NCBI RefSeq assembly: GCF_006345805.1
Contig: NC_043000.1
Coordinates: forward strand, 22,940,001 to 23,004,000
Origin: Octopus sinensis
Taxonomy: Eukaryota
DNA: 64,000 bases
Direction: 5' to 3'
The translations under genes were made by a program, and so were the position numbers. Below the pieces are notes generated by a model. It was given only the letters and a program-made list of their open reading frames with translations. It ran no database searches and was not told the DNA's origin. Within the stretch, counting starts at the first letter, position 1. Each line of letters opens with the position of its first letter. This document shows, piece by piece, positions 44,701 to 59,600 of this stretch.

Positions 44701-47700
44701 ATGTATCGGTCCTAGTAATATACAACATCTTAAAAATAGAAAACATTTACTAATGAAGTTCTAGATAGAGTTTTTTCTAAAAATAAGATGAGATGGTTAC
44801 AGATTCCACAAACTCATGGTAAATTAAAATAAATTCTACTCACTTGATAAGTTCCTTCAAAGATACACCAGCATGTTTTAAACCAGTGAGTCCAACAAAC
44901 AGCCTCAAAATTTCATTGGTTCCCTAGAAAATAAAAAAAGATTAAATTAAATTAGAATTATCAAACTGCTCCAACAAAAATATAGTTAATTAAATCAAAA
45001 ATCTGCATAACAATTTCAAAATCTATTGGTTATGACGCTATGACAACATATTTAGTATTAAGGCATACAATCAGATTTCTTGGGGAAAAAAGATATCTCC
45101 AACAAGTCTAGAACATCAACATCATCATTGTTTAATATCCATCTTCCATGCACTGGCATGGCTTGGACAGTTTGATAGGAACCAACAAGTTACATAAGTT
45201 CATAAGCAAAAAAAAAAATCAAAGTGAGCTAATTTACCTTGAGAAGTGAAAGAAAATCTACCATTTCAGATGCATGCTCTTCTTCAGAGCAGAAAAAATA
45301 TTTTAGGCCAATGCACATTCTAAACATAAAAACATTTTCTCTTTAATTTGTCTTACACTAAAAGTTCTACAAGATATCCAAGTCATAAAAGGAATTGTTA
45401 ATGAGGTCCTATAAAGTTGAAATATATTCACTATGAACATCAAGCTTACCACACCGTATTCTATTTTTCATCAATTTAAATTCAAAAGTTACCTCCCCTA
45501 CCTTTTTTATCGGAATTGACCATTACATTTATGGTGATTTCTCCTCACTAAGCAGGTTATTTTTAATTCAAATTTTTTCGCTCACTATAATAAGCATGAT
45601 AACATCCACTTTACTATTAGTTTTTCATACAGCACATGCCTCTGGGTATTTTCTTCCTAGCCATTCCATTTAATTCCATTGACCAAATTCCTATATTCTC
45701 TCAAGCCATTTTAAGATATGGGAGCAATAGTTGGATTAAACTTCATTGATGACATCGAAAAAGACTGAAACATGTCCGATGTTGTCATTGCACTGACAAT
45801 GACGAGACCCATTCCTTACTACATTTTATTTTCAATTCATTTAAATTCCAGGGTTGTCTCCCTTACCTTACTTGAGTAGAATTAATTATGGGAAAGATTT
45901 TTTTTTTCTCTCCAGAGTACAGGCATAATTTTTAATAATTCAAATTTCACTATATTAAACATAGCATCCATTTTACTATTTGTTAACATTTTCATGATCA
46001 TATTTCCATTGAAATACACTGCCCTTCTTTCAGTTTCTGTTTAAAATAACCAAAAAATTAGTAAAATCATTTTGTCCTTATTTATCTGCTGTTTGGAACT
46101 TTTTGATAGGTTTTTAAATCAGAGCCTTTAAAACAGTAAGTTTGTGTCATAGAATCAAGGACAGTCTTGGGCAGGTTGATATCAAAGGGGTTACTGCATT
46201 GTTATTGATGAGAATACATCAATCCCAATGGACATATCTAATGTGGATTGCAATCAATCCACGGTAGATGTAATTCTTTCTCCATAAGTCAGTGGTTCTT
46301 AACCAGAGTCCATATAAGATTTGGTTAGTGCACATTACCCTGTAAGGAGCATAGAGCTGGTTTCCTGGTATCTCTATTCTATATATTCTTTCCTGGATAG
46401 ACGCCAATCCATTGCAGGACTACCTTAATGAGTGGACTAGGGCATTGTGAAATTAAGTGTTTTGCTCAAGAACACAACACACTGCCCAGTCCAAGAATGG
46501 AAACTACAATCTTACAACCATGAGTCCAACAGCCTAACCACTAAGCTATACACCTCAACCCATATAAAATTTAGTTGTTAAATATGAGTAACAAACTGGC
46601 CATACTTCTACATTGTACAAAATATTTTAACAATTTTCTTTTATACAATTCCTAATAATATTTGATTATAAAAATATAATGGGATTTTTTAAACTTCAAA
46701 TGTCTATGGGAGTCCAGTAGGAAAAAAAGGGGGTCCATAAATTTAAAAAAAAAAACAGTTGAGAAACACTGCTGTAAGTCATCAAGAGTATGCATGGCAA
46801 AAACCAATGTTTGTCATGTTCAACAGAATCGCTACAATCTGTTACAGTTTTGAGACTCTTCTGAACATTCTCAGAGTAAAGAATGACAATAGATACCATT
46901 CAAATTATGGTTCAGTTTAAGAAAGTTATGGTTTCAGTTAGAATAATAGAAAACCCTTATAACTGAGGACTTACTTCAAATATCATACATATACGGCAAT
47001 CACGTAGAGACCTTTGATATGGATATTCTTTCATGTAACCCAATCCTCCAAGAATCTGTAAACATTCACTTGTGGAATCCCATGCCTTTTCTGAACTGAA
47101 TATCTGAAAACAAAAATAGTTATATATACATATGTATATATTAGGTAATGAGCAAAAAAAAAAAAAAAGACAAAATGAGAGGGAAATGTTTTTACAAATG
47201 TTGTATTAGTTTCATGCTGTAAAGTCTTGACATTTCAGACAATAATCCTTCATCAGAAAATAGGAAAGGAAAGAATGGGAAAACATGAAGAAGGAAAAGT
47301 AATGAGAAAGAAAGAAAGGGCTTAGGGGCTACTTGGGAATGCAGTGCTGGTGGGAGGAGATAGGAAGAGAGGTGGAGCTGGAGTGGTCACAGCCAAAGTT
47401 TTTATGATCTGAAATGGATCGACGATAATCATCATCATCTAACATTTGTCTTAGGATTAAATGGCATGGATTGAATGGTTTAACAGAATTTAAAGGGTCA
47501 GAGGACTTTGTTATGCTCCAATGGCTGGATACCCTTCCTAATAGAGTACTGGGTGCTTTTTTCATGGCGCCAATACTAGTGAGCTCACCATAGAGTCCAC
47601 ACAACTAAGATCCCTTTCAAATGAATTACAGTAGAGAGAGAGAAAGAGAGAATGATAATTTTTATAACTTAATTATTAAATTTAAACAAAAAGCTTAATA

Positions 47701-50700
47701 TTTTAATAACTTTCACTCACTGTCTCTCTCTGAACATTCCCTAAAGTATCTCAATAACACAGGCAACAAATAATTATTCCTTGAACATGAATATGAGGAA
47801 ACTGTGAGTTGGAATCACTAGCGTTGCTGGAGTGTATGCTGCCGAGGGTGACCTTTCCATCTGCTACTCCCAGACCCCACAAAAAACATACATATTTTCC
47901 CAGTGAAACACAAAGAATTCATCATCATCATTGTTTAACATCCGCTTTCCATGCTGGCATGGGTTGGACGATTTGACTGAGGACTGGCGAACCAGATGGC
48001 TGCACCAGGCTCCAATCTGATCTGGCAGAGTTTCTACAGCTGGATACCCTTCCTAACTCCAACCACTACAAGAGTGTAGTGGGTGCTTTTACATTCCACT
48101 GGCAGGAGGGCCATGCTCAAATGGTGTTTTTTACATGCCACCTGCACAGGAGCCAGTCCAGTGGCACTGGCAATGACCTTGCTCGAATGTTTTTTCATGT
48201 GCCAGTAAGGTGACGCTGGTAACGATCACACTTGAATGGTGCTTTTTACATGCCACTGGCACGGAGGTCAGTTAGCTGCTCTAGCAACGATCATGCTCGG
48301 GTGGTGCTCTTAGCGCTCCACTAGCATGGATGCCAGTCATCGAATTTGATTTCAATTTCACTTGCCTCAACAGGTCTTCGCAAGCAGAGTTTAGTGTCCA
48401 ATGAAGGAAAGGTATGCATAAGTGGGCTGGTTACACCCAGCCCACTTATTAAGAAATCTATTTATTTATACACTACACATGTCTATCCTTACCTTGACAA
48501 TAGCTGCCTCTAAAGAAACATCCACATCAGGATAGCTGTCTATAATCCCAGATGTCATGTAAGCCATACTTTCCATCACATAGATATTCACAGTAATATT
48601 TGCCAACTTCTCCTGAAAATAGAAAATACAAACATTAACAGCTTTTTCACATCAGTGTTTTTCTGAAGACACCAATGCTTTTAGACCAAAGATAGCATTA
48701 TTCCAAAGGATATCATATCTATATATTATTCTTAAACAAGATTATTCTTGACAGTGATTTCAGAGTTTCAGCCAATAAGGGATTAACTGGCTGAAACTTT
48801 GCAGTCATTGTGAATAATATTCTTGTTTAAGAATAATAAATTTGTACTCTTTTAATACTCTTTTATTCGTTTCAGTCATTTGACTGTGGCCATGCTGGAG
48901 CACCACTTTTAGTTGAGCAAATCAACCCCAGGACTTATTCTTTGTAAGCCTAGTACTTATTCTATCAGTCTCTTTTTGCCTAACCGCTAAGTTACAGGGA
49001 TGTAAATACACAAACATCAGTTGTCAAGCAATGTTGTGGGGACAAACACAAACACACATTTATACATACATATATACAACGGGCTTCTTTCAGTTTCCAT
49101 CTACCAAATCCACTCACAAGGCTTTGGTCGACCCTTGGCTCCAGTAGAAGACACTTGCCCAAGGTGCCACGCAGTGGGACTGAACCCAGAATCATGTGGT
49201 TGGGAAGCAAGCTACTTACCACACAGCCACTCTTATGCCTAACGTAAAGACAGAAGAAATACAGTTAATCATTTAATCAGGCGCGCTAATGCTTCTGCCA
49301 GCTCGCTATAGATTGTCAAGTGGTAGTAGATTTTGTAACCCATCAGATTAATGTAAAATTGTTTTTATCATAACTGAACATAATAAAACAAACACACACA
49401 CACATACATACATATCTTCTCCAAAAGGTTATTGGACTTGCTGGATAATGTTTTAATTTGTTACGAAAAGTGTTTCCAGAGAAGTCATACCTATCCTCTA
49501 AGTATTGATTCTTTCACAGAAAACAAAGAAGTCTGCAACATGTCTTTCTAGGAACTAAAAGTCCTTTACTCTTCTGTAAAGTTTGTTTTTTAGTTCAGGC
49601 ATTGAAATTATGACTCCCATCACATCAACATTACAATTTAAGAGTATGATTGAAGAAGAAATCATCATCATCGTTTAATGTCTGTTTTCCATGCTGGCAT
49701 GGGTTGAACGGTTTGACTGGGGAATGGCAAGCCAGTAGGCTGCACCAGGCTCCAATCTGATCTGGCAATGATTCTACAGCTGGATGCCTTTCCTAACGCC
49801 AACCATTCCAAGAGTGTAGAGGGTGATTTTTACGTGCCACTAGCACGGGAGCCAGTCAGGCAGCACTGGCATCAACCACATTCAGATGGTGCTTTTTATG
49901 TGCCACTGGCACAGGAGCCAGTCATCCCTGACAATTCAGACATGTTTTTCTTCTCCAAAGCACTCCCTATCACTTAAGTATTTCACCAATAAGTGTCAAG
50001 AGAGAAACATCTGGGATATTGAAATGGCTGAACACTTTGAACCCAATATTTTTAATATGAAATTCCAGTTTTCCTGTGCAAATCAACAGGAACATTCTTG
50101 AAAATTAAGATAATTTTCAATACTGTTCCTTTGGACCATTTCAAATTGATAAACACTTGTGCTATCCATGAGTACCAAATACAAATGTGAAGAAAAAGGC
50201 CTAGTGATGAAGATGTTGCACTCACAATATGATGATTATGGGTTTGATTCCCAGGCTTGGTGGCATGTGTTCCTGAGCAAAATCTTCATTTCATATTGTT
50301 ATAGTGCTATGTGGGGACAAGTATGTCAAAGAGTAGACCTAACGTTTCCTCTGTATGTTGTAAAAGGCAACTAAAAGAGGTTGAAAGAGGATTTTCACTC
50401 CAACCTCGTGAAACCCTTCCCAGCATTTATTACCCAAAATAGACCCACAGCCTGGAGGGTTGTCATCTGTGTGATGCAAAGATGTCATCTAATAGCAGCG
50501 GGAAATCACCAACAAATGGTGGATGCAGCAACATGCTATTACAGTGCAAGCCCCAACATTACTACTATTGAATACAAAATCTCACAATTACAATAAACAG
50601 TACTCATAACAATGTTATAGGGAAGTTTAATAAATTAATTTGACATGCTCAAAAATTGAGTTAGCATAGTTAAATGTGGAAACTTCCATAAAATTTTTTT

Positions 50701-52391
50701 AAACCTAAACCACCAAAATTAAATAAAGTAAAACAAAGGAAAATTAAAACTGCAACAAATACAAGAACAACAAATGCAAAAAAGGAAATACCTTGATGAT
50801 TCCAAACTCATAGAGTTTTTTCCCAAACTGAGATCGGGTGATTGTATGTTCAGTGGTGCTTGCTGCAATAAATATACAATTAATTTACATTAATAAAATA
50901 TGCATTCTAATGAACTAAATATTCTTAACCCTTTCGTTACCATCCCGGCTGAAACCAGTTGTCCCTCTTTGGCTTTTAGTTCATGCAATTGAAAAACCAC
51001 ATTATTTATGAGATTACCCAATATATACACACATATATACAAACACACACATTATATACAAACACAGACACACAACAGGTTTTTTTTTTGTTTCCATCCA
51101 CCAAATAGCTGCGTAAGTCATTGGTCAGCCTAGGGCAACAAAAAAGACATTTGCCAAGGTGTCACACAATAGGACTGAACCCAAAGCCACATAGTTTGGA
51201 AACAAAATTGTTAACCACCTGAACAGTTATGAAACATGGCTTTGTGGCCCTCAAGACAAATATTGCCACATGTATTATACTACATCCTTAAATAAATACA
51301 TATGCATACACACACACACATGTAAGTTGTCTAAGAGTCCATAAGTCAGAAACAATGCATTCATATATCTATCAATATACTTCAATACGGGAATTCAGCA
51401 GCGCCATCTAGCCAAGCAGCTACTCTGTGCTGAGAAAGAGCAAATAACCCAGAAACCAGTCCACAAATGTTGCTTTATGCTGGATGGGGGTGCTAAGCTC
51501 CCCTGTTTGAAAATATAAGAACATAGATATTGTGTCATATACCCAGCTGGAAATGATGTCTCCTGGGGCTAAACAACAGTAACATTCGCCCCATCCAAGA
51601 CTGCCACATTATGTTGGCAAATAGATTTTACTTTAAAGTACTGTTAGTGAATATCTCTCTTTGAGTGATTTAGTAATAATAATGTTTATATATATATGTA
51701 TATATATGCAATAATAAAACAATATAAAGAAATAAACAAATACTATTTTCATCATCACTTCTGTAATTATTTTCTTTTTTTCTTTTTTTTTTCTACTCTA
51801 GGCACAAGGCCTGACATTTTGGGAGAGGGAGCCAGTCAATTAAATCGACACCAATATGCAGTTGGTACTTAATTTATTGACCCCGAAAGGATGAAATGCA
51901 ACGTCAACCTCAGCGGAATTTGAACTCAGAACATTAAGGCAGACGAAATACGCCTAAGTATTTCGCCATGTGTACTAACATTTCTGTCAGCTCGCCACCT
52001 TATTACTTCTGTAATTATAACACAGTAATGAGAAATAACAGAGAAGAAAAATATATTTAAAGATTTACCCAGAAGCTTCTTGAGGGCGCCAGAGTTGGAA
52101 CTCCCCATACTGAACCGACCACTGTTAAGAATATTGACTGCAATCTAAAAAGCAAAAGAGTTCTTAGTAATAGAGGGGAAAATAGTAGTATTAATCAAAA
52201 TTAAGCTAATACTCAAATGCCAAGAGTTAGTTTTACTGCTCTGCCCTGAAAATTAATGAAAACATATGCATTATTAAATACATAGTCTACAGTAAGTCAT
52301 TAATACAAAGTAAATCTATATAAACATATGTATATCATCAGCATCATCATTTAGCATCTATATATATACCAGGTTGAACCAAAAGTTTTTT

Positions 52392-52437
<46 letters not shown>

Positions 52438-55400
52438 TACATATATATTCTCATTTGGTGATACACACAGGAAAATAGAACTCAAAACATAAGTACATAT
52501 ATATTTTTATATCATTAATAATTGGTAAAAGTTATAGAGTGGTAAAGATGACTAAGACTATGGAACGTTGACCTTGTGACTATTTCATTACTTTACTACT
52601 CAGAGTTTAAATCTTACATGAATCAAAAATGGAAAAGTACAACTAATATACTATCAACCAGCTCTTCCATTAAAGATTAGCTTTGTACCTTATCTCATCA
52701 TCATCATTTAATGTTCATTTTCCAAGCTGGCATGGGTTGGACAGTTCAATAAGAGCTGAAAAACCAGAAAGCTACACTAGGTTCCAGTCATTTGGTTTGG
52801 TATGGTTTCTACAGATGGCTACCCTTCCTAATGCCAACCAGTTGCTGGAGTGTACTGGGTGCTTTCTATGTGGGTGGCACCAGCAGGGTTGCCAAGTAGC
52901 TTGCAAGACAAAGAACTCTCAGCTGAGAGAGGGGTAGGAACAGAGGATTTTGGCTGTGAACCAGGTAAGATAAAAAAAAAATCAATATTTTTAAAGGATT
53001 ATTTAAAAAATATAAGTTGCAAAAACTTATACCAAAAATACACACCTTAAATCCTTCACCCACTTGACCAATAACATTTTCTACAGGAACTGGAGTGTTT
53101 TCAAAATGGACTTCACAAGCTGGAAAAATTTAAATGGTTGTTTAAATTTGAATCAGAGTAACATTTTATATCAACCAACATATGATAAATATATTTATAA
53201 ATTAAATTAAGCTGAAAGATTTTTTTAATACTTAAAACTGCAAATACTATTATAATATGTGTAATATTTTCAATAATGTTCAGACATTTAAAACCTTACT
53301 CAAAGTAGTTTCCAAGACTCTGGCTTGGATTTTTCGTTTTAAATACACACGAATAATTTATACATCGCTATTAAACAGAGTAAGGTTTGCCATTTAACAG
53401 ATGGCATAAATCAACTCCATATTAGTACAAGTGAAAAATTATTACAAAAAAATCTAAATTTAAAAGGGATTGGCTGTTGATAAATGAGATCTCCCTGTCA
53501 TCATTATCAACATTGTTTTACACCCATTTTTCCAAGTTTGTATGGAACAAAACAAAATTATTCCTTGAAAAGTTAGTTAAATGGTTAACCATTTGACAAA
53601 TAAGTAGTGAAATGAAAGCAGTGCATGTGTCTATTATTGGCATAATGACCCTCCCAAGACATAACAAAGAATCACATCAAGAATCTTGCAAACCAAATAC
53701 AAAAATGTATAAGGATTCCAAGTTTGGGAACCACTGAGCTAGAGTAATAAGCATTTTATACAAGATAATCTTGTAGCTGCAGGTTGCCAGGAAAGAGGGG
53801 GGTAAAAAATTGAAAACAATGTTTGCAAAGAAGAAAAAACCAACAAGGAAATTATAAAATATGATGAGAATTATGTAGGTGTTCATTAATAAAATATAAT
53901 GGCTGTTTAAGAGTGAAATTTTATTGACAATCAAATAACTGATAAGGTTCATTTAAGGTTAGTATTAGACATGTAAATGTTTTCTAAACGTAAAAACAAT
54001 GTTGAGAACAAACTGGAAAAGTATGACATGAAAATAGTTTATCAAAGACCACCCAATGAAACATCATCACCTTCCCATGAGTGACAGCCACTTGTTGAGA
54101 TGTCATTCTAGATCAGCATTTCTCAACTGGGGTTCCCTGGAACCCTAGGGTTCTGCAAAAGATTTCTAGGGGTTCCATGAGAAAGAGTGAGATAAGCTAA
54201 TGCTAATTTCATGATTGTAATATTACTATACATGCACAACATATTATTGGTTATTGTAATACAGACATCATCCTGTCTAACTTATTATGTTATCAAAAAA
54301 ATACAACCATATATATATGTGTATATATTTACCATGTGAAATACGATGAAAAAATATGAGAAAGATATGGTATATGATTTTTTTTGTGCAGGGGTTCCTT
54401 GAGATATGTAGTTTATCTTAAGGGTTATGCAAGGGTAAAAAAGTTGACAAACACTGTTCTAGATACTCCAATAGTCAGCAACTGCCATTGATCCCTTCTC
54501 ACTTGTCACATGTAGCAGGGTCACAGTAGTGAAACCTACCCAATCATTGATGTTATCAGATCAGGATTTACTTTACATTTTCTTTATCCTCCTGTTCCCC
54601 GAAGAATGGGTTTGGAAAGGGACTCATAGCACAATACGTGCATGTACCAAGTGAACTTTGGGTGTTTCACTGAAGCAAAGAGTGGTTTCTACCCATCAGC
54701 ATATTTAGTCACTTGTCTGAGGAGACCATCTGTTCTATGCTCTGTATACATGATGCCCAATAACCTTCTGAAGCACCTGTGCACAAATGCTAGATATTTT
54801 TCAAATCAGTTATAAGTTACCAACTTTTACTTAACAATTCAAAAAAAATCAAATTCACCAGAGACTTGTACCGTTTGAGCTTCATGGGAAAAAAACTGAT
54901 GCAACTACTTTTTCATAAGACAAGTTTTATTTCTTTCTTCTTTATTGAGCTTCCAACTTGGCTCAAAGGGAATCTACTTCTTTCAGTGTTTGCCCTTTCA
55001 GCATGATGTTGCTTACTGTACTCATGTTGTGGTTACTGGTTAGAGCCTTGCTCTTTCTTGCACTATACACAATTCTGTATACTCCTAATGACCATTCAAG
55101 AGTGGTGGTGAATTCCTGAGTTCTGCTTTGCTGCCGCTCATTAAGTCAACAACATCAGAAAAATACAGGCTTCAAAAGAACTTCCTTTAATGGAAATGTA
55201 CATGTGGACGTAATGTAGCATCTTTGCATGATGTATTCCAGAAAGACACTAAAACGTACAGGGCAGATGAAACAGCATTGATGAACTCCAACTATTGTCC
55301 TGAGAAAGACACCAGGACTGTTGCTATTCGAACTGCCATAGAATGCCTGAACCACCTGGAAGAGGTGGTATTCAAAGTTGAAGTTCCTTATTGTTTACCA

Positions 55401-58400
55401 CAAACCATCATAATAATAATGGCATGAGCATTCGTGACAATGGAATGCAAGGAGTGTTATAAACCAAAGAACCAAGACACAGAAAAGGAGGTGCAATATC
55501 ATCATCAATAGCATAAAATTATATTCATTAGCCAAAACAACAAAAATATTACCATGAATTAGCAAAATATTTGCAAGTATTATTAGACAAAAAGTTTCCA
55601 ATGTTTAAGGAAACCTTCTGTAAGTATTTAAAATATGAGTGTGGAAGAAATAATTCAAATAATGCTAGATGTTCTATTGTAACTAGTTTAGTTCTACATT
55701 GGTTAAAGTTCAAATGCCATCAAAATTAACTCCAAATTTCAGTTCCCTGTAGATCAATAAAATATTAATTAATAGAAATCAACCAGTTCTTCTTGTACAA
55801 AACTTGGTTTTATGCCTTGTCAAAAATATCCACGAATAAACCTTAAAGATGGACATGAATTTTTTTGTATTTCTCCAGTTACATCAATACCTGTTGTTTT
55901 AGCCTCAAATAAGTAATACTTTACCTAGGTGAAACATAAGTATATATGTTTAGAAAGAGTTCAGTAAAAGAAGGTAAAATAATATTGAAATGAAGGAAAC
56001 ATTTAATAGACCAAAATACATATTAGTTTTTAACATCACCTACTATCATTGCCATAATCTGATGTGTCGTGTCTCTAAAGAGTCAATTTAGTTACTGAAA
56101 CAGCTGAGAAATATAAAACACATTGTAAGAAAATATTTATTCAGCTATTTTCTGAAACAACTGAATGAAGGAAACTGAGGAGGACAGTGCATATGAGTTG
56201 TCTAGGTTACTTGTGTATTGGATGAGAGCTCAAGTTAAAAACAGTGATAGATAGAAAGATAGGCCTTTTAAAAGAAGTAGCTTAAAACAACATTGAAAGT
56301 AAAAATATGAATCTATCTCTCTCTTTGTCTTTCTCTATATGACACACACTGATACATTCTTTAGAATATGACAACAGTATCATCTATCTCTCTCTCTCCC
56401 AGAATGCATGAATGTATGTACACAGATAAATATGTAAATTTCTAAACATGATCATTGAAAATATTAGTTAAGTTATAAAGCTAACAAGAAATTTCTTATT
56501 TTCAATAGTTGTATCATGTTAACTAATATTGAAATGATTCTTAATGATCCTGTTGACAGACAAACAAACAAGCAAGCATATATATATACAAATATGACAA
56601 CAGTATTAACTGTCTGTTTGACTGATTGATGGATGGATGGATGGATGGATGGATATAAAATACAAAATGGGACAAGAACACAAAACATCCGGACAGCTAG
56701 GTGATACAAAAAGGGACAAAACATCCAGCGAGACAATACAAAAAAACACAAGGACAGGTCATTCGAAGCCCTCCAGCCTCAGTCATGCACCAGATTATCG
56801 TCGCAATTTATGCATGTATGCATATGTGTGTGTGTGTGTGTGCATACATGCATACATACATACATAAAATAAATAAATAAATCAAACAGATAATACTGTT
56901 ATCATATTCATACATGTATGTCTATACAGATGTCATTTTACAGATAGAGAAATATGGACAGAATAGAGGTTCATGTTTTTGTTCTAATGTCTTTAATGAT
57001 AGTGTCAAGAAATACATGTGTCTGTGTACATACATACACTCATACAGAGGGATGGAGAGAGGGTAAGTTGCAAAGCAAACTGGAAGCTAAGATAAAGATG
57101 GACAGATTTCACAAAAATTATAATAATGATTGGAATGAAAACCGAAGTACTTTCTGGTTACTTATAAACAAATTCAATATTGAAATTAATACAATCAAAA
57201 ATTGTAATTTGGCAATAGTCTCCAATATTTTAACCCTTTTGTTACCATATTTATTTTGAGATGCTCAGTGTTTCTATCAATTAATTTTTAAATATAACGA
57301 AGAATTTAGTAAAATAACTTAGTTATCATTAAGCTAATGTTAAGAACATAAATTGTGACTAAGGTTTGGTGGAAGATCTTAATTCAAAACTTATGAAAAT
57401 AAGACATTTGTACTATAGAGCCAGATGGTGGTTTCAGTTGGTATGGAAAGGGTTAAAAACACTTCTTTGCCATGTAATAGGCATATTGTCAGAAAAGAGA
57501 AAGTGAGCTTATACAAAACTTTTCTTTCACTATTAACAGATTCTCACCTTTAGATCATTCTGACCATCCTAAACCTTACCAAATCTAATCAACGAACCTG
57601 CTACTTCAATTCTTATTCCCCATACTGATTTTTCTGTTCCTAGATTCACAACAAACACTACATGTAGTGATTTAGCTTGACCTGTTTACTGTGGAAATCT
57701 GATATATCCACTCAAAATTTCATTACTCTGAACTGTGAAAAAGCAGTTTTATAAACCAATCTATATTTTGTTGAGGAATGTCATGTTTGGAACTATTCCT
57801 TGTTAAGATATGTAAAGGTTATTGAACCAACGTTGTAGAAAATACCAATTCTATCTTTTGGTAGATATTTAACATCAATACTGGAATAACCATGAAATTT
57901 AATTTCACAGTTAAAGGATTAATGACAATACAACAAACAAATTCCATATTAATGACATTGATCTCATTTAACTGTTCCATTCTACAAACTCAAACACTTC
58001 TCCAAAAGAAACAAGAAATTCTCTTCTCCATTGAATTCTTAGAATTTTGGGTTACACCATTATGGTCCTGGTCATGTTGATAAACATACAAACATTAAGA
58101 ATACTTACTATTAGAGCCTCGAATACCAAGTTTGTCTTCAGGTTTACCATTTGTAATACCACCAAAATTCCTCTCTACAATGAATGCAGTAACTTTATCT
58201 ACTTTTTCTCCCTGTAATTAAAAAGTAAGTAATAAAGCCATAATTGATACTTCAGATGTATTGCTGAAACAACAAAAAATAGGGAAAAAAATTAAAACAA
58301 AATTTTAATCTAAAAACTTTGAACTATGTTTCATCAGTAAACAAGATGAAATTCAACTTGTCCTATTACAAGAAGTATGTTATACTAAAAAACTACCAAT

Positions 58401-59562
58401 ATTAGTGTAGTAACCTAAACCGTGAAGTAATTTGAGTTAAAATATTTGAAACCTGTCAGCAAGTTGACAACCAAAGACCCTGATCTATATCCATATCGTC
58501 CTGCACATTCCACTTATACATAGTATTGTAATATAACACTTGTTCTGTTTTGTCTGGTTGACAAACTACATGTTATACTCTAATTTCATCCCTGAGTTGT
58601 TATCAATCATCTTAATCATCATTTCAGGTCTATTTTCCATGTTGGCATAGCTTTGATGGTTTGACAGGATCCAGAGAGCCACAGAGCTGCACCAAGCACC
58701 TACGTGATACGAAAGGCAATGACTACAAGCTATTTGGCTCAACATTCTTACAGTTCCATCGATTCCCCACCTTGCACCGCTACTTTTTTTTTTATCAACC
58801 TCAAAAGGACAAAATGCAAAGTTCATTGTGGAAAGAACTTTTCTACTAACAAGTTTCAATTCTATATTTTCATATTTAGTCACGTTAGATGATTTTTAAT
58901 AGAACAATGGTTTTTAAGCTGGCAGAAACATTAGCACGCCACGCGAAATGCTTAGCGGTATTTCGTCTGCCGCTACATTCTGAGTTCAAATTCTGCCGAG
59001 GTTGACTTTGCCTTTCATCCTTTTGGGGTCAATTAAATAAGTACCAGTTACGCACTGGGGTCGATATAATTGACTTAATCCGTTTGTCTGTCCTTGTTTG
59101 TCCTCTCTGTGTTTAGCCCCTTGTGGGTAGTAAAGAAATAGGTTTTTACAGCTTTTTGCATTTCCTATTACCAACCAGTAGTATAATCTGTTTTTGTTGA
59201 TTAGACAAACTAGAAAAAGAAGAAGAGGCTCACTCAGCAACACAATAATGACTGTGTGGCCAGCAGTCAGTAGTAACATAGTTCCTAACCTTGTAGCCAT
59301 TATACCTCACAGGAATCCCCATCATCATTTTAACATCCACTTACATCCATACTTGCATGGGTCAGAGGAATTCACTGAAACAGATTCTCTACAGCTGGAT
59401 GTCCTTCCTGTTGCCAACTCTCACCTGTTTCCAGATAAGGTAATATTTTACCTTGGCAGGGCATACTTTCATGGCAGACTGGAAATGGATGATACTGCTT
59501 GTATGACATCATCACTTGCTAACTACCACGAGATGTCAAGACAAGGAGATACATACACACAG

Positions 59563-59600
<38 letters not shown>

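Noticed and set aside
55842-55924. Open AG...GT-bounded 83-nt segment ([27 protein letters not shown]) on the minus strand in an ACAD9 intron
   Set aside because: Not homologous to ACAD9; the flanking exons already join in frame; no partner exons found; cannot be supported without RNA data.
56655-56810. Hammerhead-like motif in a PLE-like cassette (minus strand)
   Set aside because: Core and stem I are too degenerate in this copy to call.
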